Assembly: GCA_965215505.1 (NCBI GenBank)
Contig: OZ244065.1
Span: 1,856,001-1,920,000 of the forward strand
DNA from: Capsulimonadaceae bacterium
Lineage (GTDB): Bacteria > Armatimonadota > Armatimonadia > Armatimonadales > Capsulimonadaceae
Direction of reading: 5' to 3'
Length of the DNA: 64,000 bases
The notes below the pieces were generated by a model. That model ran no database searches. It was not told where the DNA came from and worked only from the letters and a program-made list of their open reading frames with translations. Positions within the stretch are counted from its first letter, which is position 1, and every line of letters begins with the position of its first letter. This document shows positions 60,079-64,000 of this stretch, piece by piece. The translations under genes and the position numbers were made by a program.

Positions 60079-61101
60079 CTAAAATCCGGTTGGGAGGTCT
60101 GCCGTCTCTTCCCAATCAATGAATTTCCGAAATTCTGAGACGAAACCGATACGAATCGTTCCTAAAGGACCATTGGGGTTCTTGGCGATGATTAATTCCG
60201 TTGCCTCCGCTAACACGATCGAGGTGTTAGCTTCTCCTGACGTATATGGCGTTGGGTCCGCGAAGCTTCGATACAGAAAAGAAATGCCGTCTGCAACTTC
60301 CTCCAGCCTTCCCTTTCCGGGGAGGTCGGTTAGGTATGGCCGCCGGGTTCCCCGCTGTTCAGCAGTACGAGAAACCCCGCACGTTACAATTATGGGGACA
60401 TCAAGTTCACGTGCGACTAGCTTGAGGCTACGCGCAGCCTCACCAATATCCTCCTCACCCGCCCTTCCCCCGGGTGTTACATTAAGCAAATCCAAACCGT
60501 CAATCACGATCAGCTTCAGCCCAGAGTCTGGGAGGGCTTCGCATCTAAATAGGATATCGTCGGTGTGCAAAGCCACTGAGTCATCGATAAAGAGAGAACT
60601 TTCATAAGTCGGCTTTATAATGCCTGCAAGTTGAACCCACTCGTGTTCGCTCAACCTACCGGACGCAACAGAGAGACTGTTGATGTCCGCTTGGGCACAA
60701 AGCAAGCGAAGAGCAACTTCTTCTCGTCTCATTCCAGGTGTAAAAAGAGCCGTAGTGTGCCCTTCGTATATTGCGGCGTGGGACGCAACTTGAAACGCGA
60801 GGCTGGTTTTACCTACTGCCGGGCGTGAGGCAATCAAGTACAAATGTCCCGGACTAAACCCGCCTGTGATTAAGTCCCAGTTTTCCAGCCCCGTGCGGAC
60901 TCCTTGGGTGTGGGGACCGGTTTCCGCCATCTCCTCAAGTCTCTCAAGTATTTTCAGGAGATCGACGCCGATTGGGCGAAGGCTTTCACTACTAGTATCA
61001 AGGTATGGGGTGAGATCCATACCAGTGCTTGGTATCTTCTCCGGCTGGGCATCAGTAGTTTCTGGTTCGACACCATCGGAAGGGATTAAATTATCTGCCA
61101 A
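60079..61101 (-). CDS. DnaB-like helicase C-terminal (RecA-fold) domain only, catalytic motifs degenerate
   Basis: ASRPAVGKTS Walker A, LFIDD, SLKLVARELDVPI, ELIIAKNPNGP; no N-terminal domain; lower GC. Confidence 0.85.
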   Translation of the reverse strand: MADNLIPSDGVEPETTDAQPEKIPSTGMDLTPYLDTSSESLRPIGVDLLKILERLEEMAETGPHTQGVRTGLENWDLITGGFSPGHLYLIASRPAVGKTSLAFQVASHAAIYEGHTTALFTPGMRREEVALRLLCAQADINSLSVASGRLSEHEWVQLAGIIKPTYESSLFIDDSVALHTDDILFRCEALPDSGLKLIVIDGLDLLNVTPGGRAGEEDIGEAARSLKLVARELDVPIIVTCGVSRTAEQRGTRRPYLTDLPGKGRLEEVADGISFLYRSFADPTPYTSGEANTSIVLAEATELIIAKNPNGPLGTIRIGFVSEFRKFIDWEETADLPTGF

Positions 61102-61196
61102 AGTTACAGATCCTCTGTGTCAGGGCATCGGTGTCAGGGCATCGGTGTAGTGGGTCGGTGTTCATATCATTGCACTAACCTTTTCTCATTTTCTCA

Positions 61197-61352
61197 TTAA
61201 GAGCCGCTCCTAAGCCTCTTCTCCGCACGCTTCAGGTAGCGGCGGCAGGCCAGCCGGATGACCGCGCTGCGGCTGTCCGGCCCCTGAGCCTCCGTCACCG
61301 CGTCGAATGCGGTCACGAGGTCAGGGGACAGGAGGACGGAGGATTTGTCAGT
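61197..61352 (-). pseudogene. Ribbon-helix-helix (CopG-like) repressor remnant lacking a start codon
   Basis: Translated by hand: TDKSSVLLSPDLVTAFDAVTEAQGPDSRSAVIRLACRRYLKRAEKRLRSGS*; absent from the ORF track. Confidence 0.6.
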
Positions 61353-61361
61353 TCCGTTCTC

Positions 61362-61390
61362 AGTATAGCCGCTGAGTCAAGCGTTGTCAA
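61362..61390 (-). promoter_or_regulatory. Sigma70-type promoter of the RHH-DnaB-like-HNH cassette
   Basis: TTGACA-17bp-TATACT. Confidence 0.72.
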
Positions 61391-61603
61391 CACACCAAAC
61401 GGCGCAGATCATGTGCTGGTAGACCGGGCGCTGATACCCGGCCTTCTCCGCTCAGGCCGGCCAAAAATTTCTGCGATATTTTCCGCGCGGCGGGTTTATT
61501 TCTGTTTTTTCGCGGGGTAGAACTCTCGTGGGAAGCCCGGAAGCCAACGCCGGGCAGACCCAACCAATACGCTTCTGCAACTGCAAAAGGAGGTTTTTGA
61601 GCA

Positions 61604-62188
61604 ATGGCACTCTCAATTATCCGCCGTGGTGGCAGCCCCGTGTCGGTGCGCCGTGGCGACAGCAGCATTCCGAGCGGCGTGACCAGCCGCCTGGACCCCT
61701 GGAACGATTTCGCGGTCATGGACCGCCTCCTCGAAAACTTCTTCTCGTCCCCCCTGTCCGCGTTCGGGCGCGGCGGCACGGCCGCCCAGCCGTCCTTCGC
61801 GCCGACTACCCCGTCCGAGCCGGTGGTTGAGCTGTATGAGACGGGGGAGGAGCTGCTGGCCTTTATTTACGCGCCCGGACTCGCCCCGGACAGCTTCGAC
61901 ATCTCCGCCACCGGCGATTCGCTCGTCCTTAAGGCCGAGCGCAGGCCGCTCCTGGAGGTGACCGAGGGCATGACCTCGCACACCCCCTGGGCGGGCCTGG
62001 CGACGGGGGCGAGCGCGTGGAGCGCGTCCTACACGCTGCCGGTGGAGATCGACCCGAACCGGGTGGAGGCGAGCTACAAGGACGGCGTTCTGTCCCTGCG
62101 CCTGCCGAAGATCGAGGCGGCTAAACCGCGCCGGGTGAAGGTCGAGGTCGGCACCACCGTGTCTCGGGACCAGATAAACACGGAATAA
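61604..62188 (+). CDS. Hsp20/alpha-crystallin small heat-shock protein
   Basis: VELYET, APGL, LPVEID..VEASYKDGVLSLRLPK; AGGAGG SD. Confidence 0.92.
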   Translation: MALSIIRRGGSPVSVRRGDSSIPSGVTSRLDPWNDFAVMDRLLENFFSSPLSAFGRGGTAAQPSFAPTTPSEPVVELYETGEELLAFIYAPGLAPDSFDISATGDSLVLKAERRPLLEVTEGMTSHTPWAGLATGASAWSASYTLPVEIDPNRVEASYKDGVLSLRLPKIEAAKPRRVKVEVGTTVSRDQINTE

Positions 62189-62237
62189 GAGCTGCAAGGA
62201 ATAAGAGCTGCAAGGAAGCGGACGACTGAGGAACGAG

Positions 62238-62272
62238 AAGGCCGCCGGTGCAATGAGTACCGGCGGCCTTTG
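62238..62272 (+). terminator. Intrinsic terminator of hsp20
   Basis: AAGGCCGCCGGT / ACCGGCGGCCTT stem followed by T-rich tail. Confidence 0.7.
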
Positions 62273-62431
62273 TCTGTCTCCGCCGGGGCTATAGAAACCC
62301 CGGCAGGGAAGCATCCTTCGGGCGAAGACGATGTGCAAAAACTATTCGCCGTTCCCCCGGTCTTTTAGCTTGCCTAGCATAGATCATGCAGCAGATGGAC
62401 GGTGATCGGGAAGGCGCGGATTTTGGAAAGA

Positions 62432-62455
62432 GGGCGCGGCAAGCGGCGCCCCTAC
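62432..62455 (-). repeat. GTAG-type REP palindrome
   Basis: Identical to 47751-47774; both followed about 30-45 bp later by AGGGGCGGCCCATCCG. Confidence 0.75.
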
Positions 62456-62703
62456 AGTTTCAGATAACGCCTTCCGAACCCCTGAAGGGGCGGCCCATCC
62501 GTGTAGACCAGCCCTTCCAGGGCTGGACTGATTGTATCGCCGCGTGTCTTGCGACGGCCTTACGTCGGGGGCATGGTCCAGTCGAACGCGGCGGCTTTGG
62601 CGGCCTGATAGCCGGTATCCAACGCGGGTTCGAGGAGGCGGAGGGCGGCGACGCGGCAGTGATTTCGCGGGTCCCACCGGGGTCGGAGGAGTCTTGAATA
62701 TGG

Positions 62704-63513
62704 CTACCAGTCAAGCGCTTCCGGCGCATCGGTGAACAACCGGTTGACTTCCTGATGGTGGCGAAGTGACCGTTGTCGCTTCATTTCGTGCCAAACAGTT
62801 GGATGGTGCATGTGCCGCAGGGATGTAATGGTATGCTGGATTGCCTCGGGCGGCTCGCCGTGAGACTTCTGATCCACATAGCGTTTCAGGCGATCCCGGT
62901 AGGCATGATAGGCTTCCTGGCGCGCGGCGGGTAAAACGTCCTCCTCGTTGAGTTTGAGCAAGATGATCGTGTGTTCGGCACGTTCCCGTTCCCGTGTGCC
63001 CGGCGCGGCACGGGGGAGAAAGAAAAACGTGTCGCGCATTTCCAGCATCATAAACTGTAAAGGGTCTTCGCGGCGGGGGTTAATGAGAAGGGCGTCGCCC
63101 GCTGGGGGGTGAAGCCCGTGCTGTTTGACGAACACGGGTACTTCCAAGCGCGCGCCATCCGTTTCGGAATAGATCTCGCAGCGGTTGGATTTGGGGCGGT
63201 TGCAGCGGGGACACGCGAACAGATAGTTTTGCCAGGCGAAGACGAGGTCGGGGTAGAAGTCCTTCGGCCAGATGTGCTCGACATCCGTCGCCTGCGAGTC
63301 CTCGCAGTAACAGCAGCGCTGCGCCCCAACGCACATCTGCTTCAAGGCGGTCAGGATCGGGCGAAAGGCCACAAGTCCGCGCTTGGCCTCAAAAAGCTCT
63401 GCCCCTGTTTTTACCTGCTGTTCATAGGTCGGCTCGGCGTCCACGATCTTCTGAAGACCCGCCAGCCAGGTCTGTGCGGCGTCAGGTAAGGACCTATCGG
63501 GCAGCCGGATCAT
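62704..63513 (-). CDS. HNH endonuclease (PtuB-like)
   Basis: [35 protein letters not shown] overlap with upstream ATPase. Confidence 0.88.
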   Translation of the reverse strand: MIRLPDRSLPDAAQTWLAGLQKIVDAEPTYEQQVKTGAELFEAKRGLVAFRPILTALKQMCVGAQRCCYCEDSQATDVEHIWPKDFYPDLVFAWQNYLFACPRCNRPKSNRCEIYSETDGARLEVPVFVKQHGLHPPAGDALLINPRREDPLQFMMLEMRDTFFFLPRAAPGTRERERAEHTIILLKLNEEDVLPAARQEAYHAYRDRLKRYVDQKSHGEPPEAIQHTITSLRHMHHPTVWHEMKRQRSLRHHQEVNRLFTDAPEALDW

Positions 63514-64000
63514 TTGGCACCGTTCGTCGCGGCGGGCAAAGAATGGGCGGCGGTGGGCAGGGTGGCGCGGAGGCTTTCCATCTCGGCGCGTTCGGTGTTC
63601 GTAAGGTCGCGCATCAACTCGGCCATGTTGAGTTCGGCCAGCCGCTGCTGGCGTTTCTTGGCCTCTTCCGAACGGGTCGCGCCGGTCCCAAACATGTCGG
63701 TGCTGTAGGCGTCTAAGATGTTCCCGAACAGCAAGCGGTCGAGGTCTGTCCCGGTGACCATGCCGGCCTTCTCGCTGCTGCCGGGCCTGGGCAGTCGGTA
63801 CACGGTCCCGACATCGGCGGCCTGGCAGACGAAGGGGCTGTGCGTGGTGACGATGAACTGAATGTTCGGGAAATGCTCCCGGAACCAAAGCCCGATCTGC
63901 CGCTGCCAGGAGGGGTGCAGGTGGGCGTCCACTTCGTCAATGAGCACGACGCCGGGGACGATGACTTTCGTCAAATCCCCGGAGAAGATGTTATCGTTGG
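63510..64000 (-). CDS. AAA/ABC-type ATPase C-terminal part (PtuA-like), truncated by window end
   Basis: [15 protein letters not shown] Walker B/D-loop, [10 protein letters not shown]-loop. Confidence 0.88.
   Translation of the reverse strand, partial: NDNIFSGDLTKVIVPGVVLIDEVDAHLHPSWQRQIGLWFREHFPNIQFIVTTHSPFVCQAADVGTVYRLPRPGSSEKAGMVTGTDLDRLLFGNILDAYSTDMFGTGATRSEEAKKRQQRLAELNMAELMRDLTNTERAEMESLRATLPTAAHSLPAATNGAK

Noticed and set aside
60079-61101. Housekeeping replicative helicase dnaB
   Set aside because: Lacks the N-terminal domain and most catalytic residues; atypical GC and context
58500-61400. Intact prophage or IS element
   Set aside because: No integrase, transposase, structural genes or terminal repeats in the window
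61595-61620. CIRCE or HAIR operator at hsp20
   Set aside because: Only a half-site (TGGCACTC) or an imperfect TTGAG..CTCAA match; no full inverted repeat

Overview
GC-rich bacterial chromosomal window. Type-IV-pilin-like 'N-terminal methylation' gene style, a T-box, and a TolC together suggest an Armatimonadota-like diderm, but this is inference only. Left to right: (1) 1-10.7 kb catabolic/secreted block: S9 peptidase with a VHL-beta-like tail, KGSADH-type aldehyde dehydrogenase, DUF885, frameshifted prepilin-like gene, a chimeric ORF and DUF5695. (2) 11.3-23.8 kb guanidine/urea carboxylase locus: amidase + NitT/TauT ABC transporter divergent from cgdAB(UAAP1/2)-uca-atzF, around an Lrp/AsnC gene. 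No recognisable guanidine-I riboswitch; instead mirror-symmetric operators and promoters. (3) 23.9-31.5 kb TolC/RND/MFP efflux operon headed by a secreted Cys/Met-rich leader ORF ending in a RAPP arrest-like motif, with a divergent His/Met-rich secreted protein. (4) 32.8-46.5 kb T-box-controlled ilvB-ilvN-ilvC-leuA-leuB-cimA cluster interleaved with toxin-antitoxin and small accessory genes. (5) 46.6-58.3 kb mixed genes: DUF2330, deacetylase, YefM-YoeB, ECF sigma, YhcG, broken DNA MTase, GH63-like glucosidase. (6) 58.4-64 kb defence-like end: a lower-GC promoter-RHH-degenerate DnaB-unknown-HNH cassette, Hsp20, and an AAA-ATPase/HNH (PtuAB-like) pair running off the window. REP-like palindromes, short tandem duplications and several frame lesions are scattered throughout. 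Best candidates for undescribed systems: the dead-DnaB/HNH cassette, the RAPP-leader metal-efflux unit, and Lrp-type control of guanidine carboxylation. All family assignments are from motif recognition by eye; no searches were run.
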